A stretch of DNA of 64,000 bases. It comes from Ruditapes philippinarum. Its lineage: Eukaryota. Positions 14,132 through 27,400 of this stretch are shown here, in pieces. The position numbers and the translations under genes were made by a program. Position 1 is the stretch's first letter. Each line of letters starts with the position of its first letter. Location: the NCBI RefSeq assembly GCF_026571515.1, contig NW_026852806.1:62001-126000 (forward strand). Direction: 5' to 3'. The notes below the pieces were generated by a model, which was not told the origin of the DNA, searched no databases, and saw nothing but the letters and a program-made list of their open reading frames with translations.

Positions 14132-16482
14132 GATAGAATTATCAACCAATGACTTTGTAATTGGACAATGTAATGACTTGAACACTCGGGGTGTTCTAAA
14201 CGGAAATCTATTGAATAAGGTACTCTCACGCTTAATTAAAGTAATGTATTAAAGGTGAGTCGTTCCTTTAAACTTGATATTGAAGCACGTGTCAATATAT
14301 ATTTCATAAACGTTCCTTTTTACGTTTTAGTATGACAAAGCCATCTAATATTTGTAAACTAACCCTTAACATTATGAATGTATGGTGAACAATAGATGTT
14401 TTAAAATTGCTTCACTAGTTTGTAAATATTTGATAAAACAAGACCGAGTAATAATGGCAGTAATGGACCACATATGATTCGGAAATTAAAAAAAAAAGTA
14501 GTCTGCATAATATAATAGATAACTTGAATCAATCATGAAAGCAACACTCGCGATCATTGCATAAATAAATATTAGATTTGTCACGCGTCCACAAAATTGC
14601 AAGGATGGCATAATTTCAAGCATGCCTAAACGGAATAATTTAATCGATTATGAATAGTTACGTGTGCTGTATTCATTCATTGTTTTATTTTATTTATTTT
14701 AAATATGCTGTACGTGATAACCATCTCTAGATACTTATGGCTAATTGTGATCGTAATCACACAAATGAATTTAGACATGGTATAAAAACGATCACTTGCC
14801 CTTATTTAGTTCAACTTCTTTGTGATTGTATTACTGCATATCTAAACTTAAATCGATCATTCATTATTGAACATTTATACACTTTTTAAACACGCATTAT
14901 CTATTTCCTAAATATAGAACCAACTGAATTACGACTTAAACGAATCTTTAGTTTAAAAGGCATCCGACTTAACCACTCGGAACACCGCTAGAATTAATTG
15001 ATACTAAGTTAATGTTGGAAATCTGAACATAACATGTATTTTGTGTTTTCATTCATTCAAATGTCTAAATATTTCTAGATTTCAAATATTATGTAAATTT
15101 CAAAATGTTTGCGCGAATATAATAATACAAGGCAGTTTGTAATGTACGTGTATTAGGACCAAACTTATTATCTTTGAATTTGGTAAAACCATTTCCGTTG
15201 TTTCTACGTATGCTACTATGCCCATCTATGTTGCTATCTCTACATCTTTAAAAAAACATCATAAAAATTACTTTCAAATGTTCCAAATTTAATATATATA
15301 AGTAAATAAGAGCAAGTCATACGTTTTAAGTTAAAAAAACAACAGTAAAGTGATATTCGATTTGGCTAAATTATCGCGATGATGTCAATTTGTCATATCT
15401 CGACCCATTACTTCATTAGCATTTTGTGAAAAATGGCTGTTTTCATTTCGAAGCCTCCTGTTACAAGTTCAAATTGCTATGATAACGTAAAAAGGATTCG
15501 ATACTGTTCAAACTTGAAACACATGTTGACTGTACTATAGCCTTTGTAACCGCATACCCAATATTAAATTTCCTGTTACCATGTCAACGAGGGAACATCT
15601 CAAAATTGCCGACAATAACTACTTTGCGTTGATTTTTTTCACCTTAACTGAAATCAAATTAATGCAACTTCTCAATGGATTGCGACAGAGTCAAATTCTT
15701 TACAGCGTTGGTTACACGTTACCTTAAGGTCGATCTGGGACCATTTTCAGCCTCTCACAAATCTAAATAATTCTTGGAAACAAGGGTCTGTCGACCCCCT
15801 TCAAACCCCTAAACAGAAAGGCGCACATCTGCCCCTGGCACCCCTTTGATGTATTTATTTGATTGGGGATGGCGCCGCAAATGTGATCGCTTTTTCCAAC
15901 ACCATTTATCAAACGAAAACAAGTGTTTGGGATCTAAACCGGGTAAAGCTGAATAGTCGCAAAATGACCTATTCTGTTTTGGTGTAACGCAAACAACCAA
16001 AACTAAAAACTATGTTCGAAACAATATAATACTTCCAGATACTTTCTAAGTAAGCATTTCTTAGAACAATTCTTAAATACCAGAGACAGAGACAGAGTGG
16101 ACATGGACAGATGATTAAGCTAGCTAATAAGAGAGTATTCTAGGTAAACTTAGAAACGATGTTGTTTTTATTTGGAAAACATATGGCACGCTTGTACTAT
16201 GAACGTCATTCAAATAACACATTTTAAAGTAAAAACTAACTACAATATATGCGATAACAGCGTTTGAAAGAATTTATCGACATGATAATGGCAGTTTTAA
16301 GTTATAATTAGAATATAAAACATCAAACTTTAAAGCGCTGCTTCATTAAGAATGTCATAAACACCGCAATGCAAGCGCACATGGATATTAGTATAGGTCT
16401 TTGAATTGCTTGACTGATTGATTTGTTAATTATCGACGTTCTTTGCGATCCTGTCGCTGACACTGGGATGTTAAGACGATGC

Positions 16483-16601
16483 GAGTGTAGGACAAAAGCC
16501 CCCCCCCCCACCAGCTTTTGTCCTATGTGTAACTTTCATGGGGGGCTTTTGTCCACCTTGTCATTTTTAGATGGGGGGGGGGGGGCTTTTGTCCGAATCC
16601 C
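16483..16601. mobile_element. 119-bp MITE with 9-bp TSD (Mutator-like)
   Basis: Inverted ends GGACAAAAGCCCCC / GGGGGCTTTTGTCC; TSD AGACGATGC at 16474-16482 and 16602-16610. Confidence 0.85.
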
Positions 16602-19468
16602 AGACGATGCTTATATAGACCGATTATCCTGTAATCCAATGGCAAAGGGAGAAATGGTTTGTGTCTGAGGGGAAATATTTCAAGAGAGATCATTATCATT
16701 CGTCAATTCTTAAAAAAAATATTATTTAAAGACCGGCGCGACATTTTCCAGGTACTCTGTAAAGTTTATATGACAATCATAACAAGTTTTTTGCATCTAT
16801 CATTTGCATTTAAGTTGTAAGCATATCACCACTTTTTACATGTGAATGAAATACTTGAAACACATATACATTATTATATACATGGACTTAATTTGAGTAA
16901 TTCAAAAAACATACATGAGAATTTAACTGTTTATTTTTTCAGTCAGATTTCGCAGCTCTACGGTCTGGACTGACTCTATATTTCTGCCATAAAAAAGTTA
17001 CTATTGAAAGTTAATAATTGAAATATAACATTACATTTCACACCCAAAAGAATTTAACCAACAAGAATATCATACCGTAACAAATTTTAATCAATTATTT
17101 ACATCATACATCTGTGAAACCGGAGAAACATCAGGAATTTACATTTTTAAAAACGAAATTCAAATAAAAATCAATTTGTTGAAATCGACGATACAATAAT
17201 CAGTTTGTTATGTATAATGTTCATTTAGATAAAGTTCATAATCTATTAATTCATTGATCTCTGTAAAATAATCATAACTTTTTGTGTAAGATTGAATTAG
17301 GTTTTTTTAATTAAAATTTAAATTTCTTTTTAGAAATTATCGTAAGGCAATACAATAACATAACGATATGTAATAACAATGTAAAATATAAAACATTTCA
17401 GTAAATATAAAAAACATCGGGCATGAATATGTCATTTTTACGTTTAGCTGGACATTGGTAGCCATTTGCACTATATAAAATATGCATCTAAAAAAACGGG
17501 AATCGACACCTTTTATAAAATTACTAAAAATTTGGAACGTCTTTTATGATAAAAAAAATTAAAAAGGACTAGGGTATAAATGTGATGTATCAAATTAATA
17601 TATACTGAAATCAACAATCAATACCATTTAAAACTTCTGAAGAGGTGTACTATGTCTAGTGCAGTGACAAAAAATCAATCATAATTAAAATTAAATATCA
17701 AAACTACATATAATTTCCTTTTCTTGTCTGAAATGTCTTCATCAAAACAAAAAACAACAACAACAAACAAACAAACAAGAAACGATTTTACGTCAATTAA
17801 GGCGGTACCGTCTACATGGCAATTAGCGTACATAGCTATGAAATAGGTCAAAATGATTATATTGAGATTTAGAAAAAAAAATTTTTAGTCGATATGAAAT
17901 CAGTTGTAATAAAACCCAATATCACTGATATTACGATTATGATAAAAGGAAAGAAGTGGATGGGGTAAAGATCATTAAGATATATGATGCCTTGTATAAA
18001 AAAAAACGTAAGTTAAAGTCATTATTGATAATATATCATACAATTTCAGCGTAGAAATGAAGCGTAGAAATTATCTAACAGTACTACAATGATACGAGCT
18101 GGATAAATGTATTAATGTGGTGATTCCACCATAATTCTCGTAAAAGTGTATTCAATTAATGTTAAAGTGACATGTTTTCGCTGTCAAGTTGAGTTGAATA
18201 AGTTATATATGTGTCAAGTGATTCACTTTTATAATACTGATTGACAAACAATAATGCAAAGTGTTTAGGATAGAATATAGAAACTTCCTAAAGACTGTCC
18301 CAACCTTTTTGAAAATTAACCATTTACAATGCTTTACGAACAATATTTATCTAAATGTCCGTTGGTCACATGGAATTATTTGTGCATATCAAAAATGTCA
18401 AAATTTCACCAAATTATGGCAAATTGACTTTAACCTGTGCACTCACAATTTTCAATAGGATAGACATAATATCGGTTGGGAAAAAAACTAAAAAAAATCA
18501 TAAATTGAGTGTTTTTTACTTTTCAAATTAATAGCCGTATGATTGATCGTCATCCTTGACCATTGTATTGAAATTGACACCTTTCATTGGTCTTAAGATA
18601 AATAAAAACATGAACAATCAACAGTGAAATATAAACAATACACGTTTACAGCATTTAGATTTAAATAACGGGTGCTTTGGTTGCGAAAACAAGCAAAAAT
18701 TGTCTCTTAATATACGTTTTCACGTCATGTTTAAATGATATTAAATTGGCGATTGAAATAGATCTACATATATTGATAATACAACTATACATAAAAAATA
18801 ATGTAAACGCATTGGTGCCACAAGTTTTCATGCATTTTACATGAGTTTTAGCCTATTTAGATACTCTCAGAGCGGAGGCAATGCAGTGGCCATGTTCTTT
18901 CAGAAATTCAAATCAAAATACGACGCAACATCACTGCAAACGATAAGTTCAACAAATATGATAATAGATTTGGTGGTGGCATTAGAAACAATCTCGTTTG
19001 CAATCAATATCAACGGAAATCAATTAGAAATATTAAAGGAAGTTCTAAAAGCATAAAAACATAAAATTTGAAGTTCTTATATAGATCAGCTGGGGTCCTT
19101 ACAATAGAAGGACACGCAAAAGATAATTTATAAATATACTCAGGAATAAATTGAAATTCGTATTTTTGTGCTATTCTTTTCCCAATTGGAGTGAAAAGTG
19201 TTGTAACACTTCTCAATTAAGGGTCATTTTTCATTGTGAAATGAAAAACGAAGTGAATGTGATCTGAAAAGTTATTGGTCTAGACCTACATCAAAGGAAA
19301 CATAGATATCAAAATATTACCTCCTTTTCTGTCGTGTACAAAAAACCTCTGTGAATTTGTTTTAATATATTTTTTGTATAGGTGTACCACCATAAGAACA
19401 ATGAAAATAAACAAAACAATCATACATAAATGAAAACTTCGACTCGCACGAGATTATGACAGGTGCAT

Positions 19469-19952
19469 TTGGTAGCTGATTTCTGGAATTTCATATCTAC
19501 GTGTTTTTGCCTTTGACTTTTGAGGGCGCCGACACGTAGACACAATATATTTCTGGCGGAATAACTATTTTTAAATAGGCGAAGACACGATATTTTCTGC
19601 AGAATCATCGTGTCGGCGGGAAGAAATCTTTGTATCGGCGCCCTATGCGTCGTGTCGTCGTTTCTTCGCCTAAAAATGCGAAAGGCGAAGATACGGTAAT
19701 TGACCAGTTTACTGTGTCTTCGACTTTTGGGACTCAAAAAATTGGCAAATTTGGGGACTCGATAAATTCTCGTGTCTTTGCCTATTTAAATATCGTTATT
19801 TCGCCATTAAAATATCTCATTTTAGTATCAGCGCCCAAAAAGCCGTAAACAATGACATAATAAGTAAGCATATTATCGTGACTTCGTATTTTCGCCTTCG
19901 AATTTTGAGGGGCGAAGACACGAAATGGTAGAAATCATGATCAGCCACCATA
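19469..19952. mobile_element. MITE-like element built from GGCGAAGACACGA-like modules in both orientations
   Basis: Ends tggtagctgatttc and gaaatc...cagccaccatag; many degenerate internal modules. Confidence 0.65.
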
Positions 19953-20329
19953 GGTGAAACGGTTTTCAAGTGTACATGATACAAAAAGTTGTATATATAT
20001 GCGAGGAATATTTTTGTAACCGTGGTATTTTCTTTTAACAATCATAAAGTTTTAAAATTATAAATATGCAATGTGGTTGATTTTACATTTTTAAATTTTA
20101 CATTTAAAAAAAATGTTCTAATTCTCACACAATTTAAAACAATTTTTGATATCTGAACAACTCATTCTGTAACATATAGTTTTATAATAAACTGTCAACA
20201 TAACAGTTCTGGGACGACTATCCCAAAATATCATTAAACTTATTAAAAAATATAATATAAGTGTGACATGCATGATTCCTCTATGTCATGAACATTCAGT
20301 CTAAAAGTATTTGAGTTATTTTCAGTATT

Positions 20330-21429
20330 TTACTTGTTTGCTGATGTCGGAGCGGTTTTCGCTGTTCTCTCTCGCTGCTTTTTCATGCTTAGTTCTGGTT
20401 TATTTATAAAGTGTTTGATTTTACTTATCATGTATGCTATAAGATCGTGATCCGGACCTGTGCGATTTTGTTGAACCACTTCGTCGATGCTTGCTCCAAG
20501 AATGGCGAGGAAAAGGGTAAGGAAAAAATAAACGACAATCAGAATGTATAACATGAAGAAAACTTTCGCCAGTACGGGGTTTGTTTCATTTATTTCTGTG
20601 AACCTACTCTTTCCAATCATTGCTATATATAATGTTCCCATACACTGGTATACGTTTCTGTACGATTCAAGCTGCGAACCAAAGAGAAGCAATGCCAATC
20701 CGCAAAACCCGACAAAAATCTGGACAAATGTTATGCCATACCAAAACAGATCTTTGCCACATTTTCTGAAGATATCCACGATTGCTTTCAAATGTTTAAG
20801 TGTAGACAGTACCTCGAGCATCCTTATTGTGGCTAGAAATGCTAACACACCTAGAGCCAGCACAAAACCTTGATCCCAAAACACAATATGACTAAAGTTC
20901 ACATAAAGTTTATTATCCTGTTTAAACTTCTTGATCGTTTCAAACGAGAATCGTAGCCGAAAACAAAATAAAATCATGGCTGTCGCTGCAACAAGAAAAA
21001 TGACAAGATCATATACAGTCCAAAATATTTTGAAGTACTCAGATCGTAGTCGGTAAAGTCGCAGACAAATTCGGATGAAGAAACATGTAATATAAAGCAC
21101 AAACAATATTTCACATACAAGTGTCCAAGTTCCTGCAGCCCCATGGTGTGGATAAACACGTAATGGGTATGTGTTATACGTTGTAAATGCACCACCTGTT
21201 TGGGGAAACTCTATCATAAACATATTGTCAACGAACAAGTTTGTAGACGCATCATAAAGTGTAAATTCTACGATCACAGCTCGAGTTTGGCGATCAATCC
21301 ATAGGTTTTTATACAGTTCGTTGATAGTGGCGATAGAATAATTGAGATTAACATGAAGTGATGCTATATAACCTCCGCCACCATATGTTGTATAGTATCC
21401 TGTCAAAGGTAACCCCCAGATACCTAAAG
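20330..21429 (-). CDS. Gene A exon 42, TOP end, TM7-11, pore and stop codon
   Basis: Includes the 358-aa ORF with [24 protein letters not shown] motifs. Confidence 0.95.
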
Positions 21430-24400
21430 CTAGAAAAGGAAATATGTTAAAGCTTGTGCACTATATACATGTTAGATCAATCAAAAATTTATAACCCTGT
21501 TCTTTTTATCTGAATTTGATAAATTACATTACATTATCTCTATCATTTTTAACAACATTCTGATTTTCTTTTTTAAAGATTTTTTTTATAAAAGATCTAA
21601 AGAGAAGTATATTTTTATTGATTGGTGTGATATTGCTGAAGTTGTTTATGATAATGGTTCTTTGAGACTAATAGATGACAGTTGTTTGTCTATTAGTTTC
21701 ATCACAGGCGCATATTTGACTTTCCATGATATTTTTTAAAAGAGATAGAATTTTTTTGCAGTTGTAACCGAGCATGTAGGATAGACGTTTCTCTACTTCT
21801 GACGTTACAGAAAGTTGGACATTATTTAAAAAATGAAAGAATAGATGCGTTATTGATGTTTAACGCTTATTAATTTCAAGCATAGGTTGTTGATGAAGAA
21901 CAAAATTGGAAAAAGGTTTAGAGTTACAGAAGACATGTTTGATATCATTGTGAACGTAGCCAGCCGTCATATTTTTCTAATGAGTCAAAGGTAAGGAAAA
22001 AAAACTGAAAAAACATTAATCAAAGATATGTATTTAACGTATTATGGTTATATGCCAACTGCATTGATGCACTTGTCTGTTGTGAACAAGTTGAAGATGT
22101 GTTTATGCAATATACGTTCAAGGACTTTGTTGGAGGCACTAAGTAGAGAGGTTACTGCCAAATAACTACTTATATATTGCGAACCGTTTTACTTATGAAT
22201 GGCATTATCCTGAGCAATTATGTTTGAACTGTGCGGGAACTTCCCCTGAATGTCAATAGTTGAATATATTGCAGAGAGGAGTAACAGATTCAACAAATAG
22301 TTGTTGCAAGACGAAATTGTTGACATGGTGTAAACTTGTAGCTTTACCGGAATTCTGGAGTATAAGGGCGTCTATTATTTCGGTTTCAGTGACTAAAAGG
22401 GAGTGCAAATGTGGACACCGTGGATCGAGGTGTTTGGATAAACTTTAGTCGTTTCATTCAGTTTGTGCTTGGAAGACATTTTTAGATACGTTTGCCTTGT
22501 ATATGTTTGTATATGTTTGTTTTAAATATCTGATTGTTATGTTGAGGTGTGTAAATTCCTAAGGTGTGATGTTTGATTTTATGAATTGTTGGATAACCGT
22601 TTGATATGTCTGGGCTCCTAATTGTTGTTGTTGTACTAATTTGTTTTACTGTGATTTATTGGCATTGCGTGCAAGTGTTGTGAATGAGTTGTTGCTTGTT
22701 TGAATAATGTCCAATTTTATTTTTATTTTGTTTGTTTAGCTGTATCATATGATTATTTTTGTTTGTTTTTATGTCTTACTTTGGAGCGACTAATCTGCAG
22801 TTATTTGTTTAGTCAAAAATTAATGGAAACTGCTAAGGACATTAGCCTTATTCTTACACGATTGGAATTTCCATGCTGAAGATGTCACATTATAGACAGC
22901 CTCTGTTAAGCTGCATGGGTAGTTTTTCCATCCAATACAGTAGTTTTCGTCATCTTCATTCCATATTTGATATCCACCAAAACAAGATGTCCGGTCGATG
23001 TAAGGTATGTCACAAGTAACTACAGGTAATCATATAATTGTAATAAAATAAAATAAGTAATTATATTGTAATGTAACCTTATAAAATGATCACATGAGAA
23101 AGATGATGTCAAAAGTAAACCTTATTTAAAATAAACGTAGATCAAGGCCTTTTCAATTCACAGGAATTACATATAACTAGTCCAAAATATGCAGGATCTT
23201 TTCTTTCTCCGTTACTTACAAAGTAGTGTTTCAGTGATAAGGTCATATTTTGCATGACGTTTCACATTGAGAATATTGAAAAAAAATCTTAAATTAAAAC
23301 ATATTTTTCCAAAAGTTTGATCTCTTCAAACTTATCTTAATCTTCCGTATATATGTCAATTTAAAGTAGACATAACAAAATCGTTAATCAATCTCTTTGT
23401 ATTCTAATTTTTTATCAGAACTGTTTGGAAGTTTTTCTTTTTTTAAACTCCGAATCATCTCAATTTATACCTTTTAAGAATGCAGATGTATACAAAGAAT
23501 CATGAATTCTAGATACCTTGTTTAGTTCGCAGCTGTCGTAGTCTTGGCGGCCCAAGTCTTAGATGATGATCATATGTGAATTGTCGCTCTGTCCAGTGTA
23601 AGACCATACCGTACTCGTCATGTTCACGGAATAAGTAAGGAATCATTGTGTCATTTATCCACTTAAACAAATCATTTGGTGACTTTATCTTAAAAGTAAT
23701 GAAAATAGAAGACGTATTAAATTTATCGATTTTGCTAAGAAGAATAGAATGGCATCATGTATTTGTGGTTAATTTGTGACTTGAATGTTTACGTGTAATT
23801 TCTGACCTAAGTTTCATTTTATATTAGGTTCCCAAAACATTTGATCAAAACATAGTCACACTAAATATTAGATATCTATATCATGGGCATTTTCAAACGT
23901 TTAATTCATAGCATTTCACATATATATCTTTACGTAAAAAGTGATTATAATACTTTAACAGATTTTACGTAATTCCTAAATAATAAAATTTAATGTACAC
24001 TTCGTTTATGTGAAACGGGTGCAATATGGTAAGTGATCAATTCGAAATTCGTTGATTAACATATTAAAACATAATTATATTAACAATTTTGATATCTACT
24101 TAAGAGAGGGTTAGTTAAAATTGTGAGGGAAAAAACTCCCAAATTAATTTAAATAAGTAAATAATGCGTCTTCTTTAATTTGATTTAGAGTATGCAAAAG
24201 AATTAGTACATAATCTAATTGAAATATACCGAGTTAAACTGTTGGGTATGACGTGGTGTTACAAGTCTATTGCCAAGATGCGTGTGATGTAGAAACGACC
24301 TGACATCTCTGTTGGAATAGCAGATTACTGACACAATGATAATAAAAACAAGGTTTAATTTAATGTCCTTCAAACTTCTATGAAAGTTTATGTATTGCCG

Positions 24401-27400
24401 GTGTTTTTCTTGCGCTTGTTTAAGATTATCTCCCTGAACAGGCGTTGAAACATTTCTAGGTTTTACTGGAAATAAAATCATGTTCTTATTTAGAGCCAAG
24501 CCATTTAACAATCATTTTCATTTTCAAAAGTTATTGTTGTTGTAATTGTTGTTGTAGTAAGTTTTGTACTGATACTTGTAAATCTAAATATTGTGATGAC
24601 ATACGAATCATTATATTTTATTTTCTCATTAAAATATTGTATATAATGGTTTTCCAATGACAAAACAATGTCATTTTCAAACAGACAACTTACATTCAAA
24701 AGACTTAAACTCTGTCACAATAGATTTCAGCACTGTCAAACTCGATGAAACGGTGTCTGTAGTTAAAATAACAATCTTATGATAATGACACAAATGGACA
24801 AGTAAAAACAATCGTAAAAAATAGTAAAGTTTGGTTTATTGGAGATTTCTAATGAAACATTATTGGAAGCAGCTCTGACGGCTGTAAGGACCACATAAAT
24901 ATTTAACACTATGATTTTATGTAATTAAGGTAATGAATTATAAAAAGACAAAATTTTATCAACATTATCATAAACGGTGCAAAGTTAAGATTTTTAACAC
25001 AGCTTATACTTGAATCTTCTTAAAAATGTCAATACAAGTATATGAACATTTCTTTTTGAATATCCATAAATTAATTTATAATATTGAAACAATTTTTGCC
25101 CTGTTTTCAGGTTGAAATATGAAGTATATCAATAAATATTTCTCACTTTCGTCTCCACCGAGACTCTGCCGATATTTGGCGACAGTTTTGGTAGCGCTAG
25201 ATTCCATTCTTAGAGTTCTTGAACGTAGGATGACAGCAAGAATGAGGGAAATGCATATGACCTTGAACATATAAATATTCTAATGACGTGCCAGTATGAC
25301 GTAAAATTATGTTTGGCAACACCAATTACTTCGAGTGAGTTTGGTGGGGGGGAATAATCATAGAGATAACTTGGCTCACTTTTGTATTTTATGACATAAT
25401 AATTATAGAATCGAACAGTTACTTAGGGTCTTAAGTTATTATGAAGCATTTTAATATTCATTTAATTTGAATGTATCTCTGATAATATGGTTACACATTT
25501 TCGTTTTTTAGTAACTTAGTCACAGGCGGATATCTAAGTGGAACCACTGACGTTCCATAATCTAGATAGTTTAGTTCAGTTTCCAAATGACCTGGAGGAA
25601 TTCGAACTTGCAGCATGGAGAAGCAAACGGTTTTGAAGTCAACGACCTAATCTCCATGAAACACATTGTATTTTTAAACTAACCGTAAAGCAATTACATC
25701 AATAACATTTTCAAAATTATTACATTTGGTGTATTTGATTACTGATTACATTCAATAAGTAAATTTAATATGATTACAACTGATTTATCGCAACACTAAC
25801 AAAGCTTTCTTTTTAATAATACTTAACTATCATAATGTGCAATAATTAACAAAATAGTCCTTGTTAACTGGTTTTGAAATACTCAACGTTAGAATTTACG
25901 CACGACAAAAGGGTCTATTAGTAAAATTGATTCCAGTAAAGACATGGTCAATGTTGTCAGCCACTCCTCAGATTTCTGTTTGCCCCATTCCATACTGTAC
26001 AACAGAACAAAAAATGCAGGAGTTATCGTTCCTCCAGCAACAACAAACCACGCTATATATATAAATCTGCAAACAAAAAATAAACATATTTATAGAAAAG
26101 ACAATATTAATAATAATATAGTTATTTCTTTTAATGATAAATTTATAGCAATGAAATAATAAATGAAATAAACTAAACAATAAACTGAGATGCATGAAGT
26201 TATTAAAAATCTAATTCTTTTGAAGTAGCAATGAATGAAATATAGTTATAATAATAAGAAATATATATACTAGTACACAATGTAGTAAATAAACAATGAA
26301 ATAATTCACATTCTATAAATTAAATGTTGTTATAGTGATGAAGAAACAGGAATCAAAATATGTGGACAAATTAGTTGTTTGTAGCCAAATGTGCCGCTTA
26401 TAGTTTGTTATTATTATTATTATCATCATCATCATCGTCATTGTTTATCAAATATCAGTGTAATACCACACCCATGTGGTAGTAGTAAACTGTATTCCGA
26501 CTGTGCTGATTCCATCAGAAACGACGCTAAGTTCAGTAATTGCTCATTCTGTACCTTCTCATTTGTCCTGTATTGATATTTAGCACTATGTTGACAACAA
26601 TGACTTTGAAGGCAACAGCTGCAGCGTATATTGCCAGTTGTTTCCTGTTTTCTCTTTGTTCTTTTAAAAAGTTCGATGAGGAAACATACCGGTATAGTTG
26701 TAAACAAGGCACAGACTATAGATATGTATATCTGAAAATGTACAATACTTAAAAAATAAAATTATTAAACGATTAGCTTTATAGAAATTTTGATTGAAAT
26801 TTATTTCTCAAACAATAGAATAGTGAAATGAGAACCTTCAAGGTTTCAAAACGTGTAAAAATATATTAAATGTTGCAGGCTTATATTAACATTTCAAGTA
26901 TGGTATTGATGTGATGATATCAAGCCATTATCTCAGCACACTAGCTCCACCTTCTTATAGGAAATATTACAATTAAAGGTAGAATATGGCATTAGAATAA
27001 AGTAACTTTATCACAAGTGTTCAGTAAAAAGCAAATAATGTCATGCATGTTGTTTATCTTTATTGTTTTGTTGTCGATGTTTATTTTTATTTTTTAAAAC
27101 TTTCATGAACTTTGATATAAGTGCGATTAACAAATGTTACAAACCTGTTGTGATGTAAATCGGAATGGTCCTATTTGAATCAATGCTGGTGTCTGGTAAT
27201 TAGGCTCCGGGTTGAAATATAATGCGTTTGCTAACACGTTTAGCATTATAAACACGAGCGCACATGACGCACGCTGAACACGTGTAAAAACACTCATTGC
27301 TGGTCGATAAACTATTGATATAAACATATGCCCTTCTGAAAGTCTATGTCTCAAATTACCAAAGAATCTAGATTCCAAATCTAATGGTTGGTTTGTTGGT

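Noticed and set aside
14132-14229. N-terminal part of the 302-aa ORF
   Set aside because: It lies outside the TSD, so it is flanking DNA that is open by chance.
20544-20873. Plus-strand ORFs overlapping exons (also 39843, 48950, 49298, 6582)
   Set aside because: Antisense shadows of real coding sequence with no recognisable motifs.
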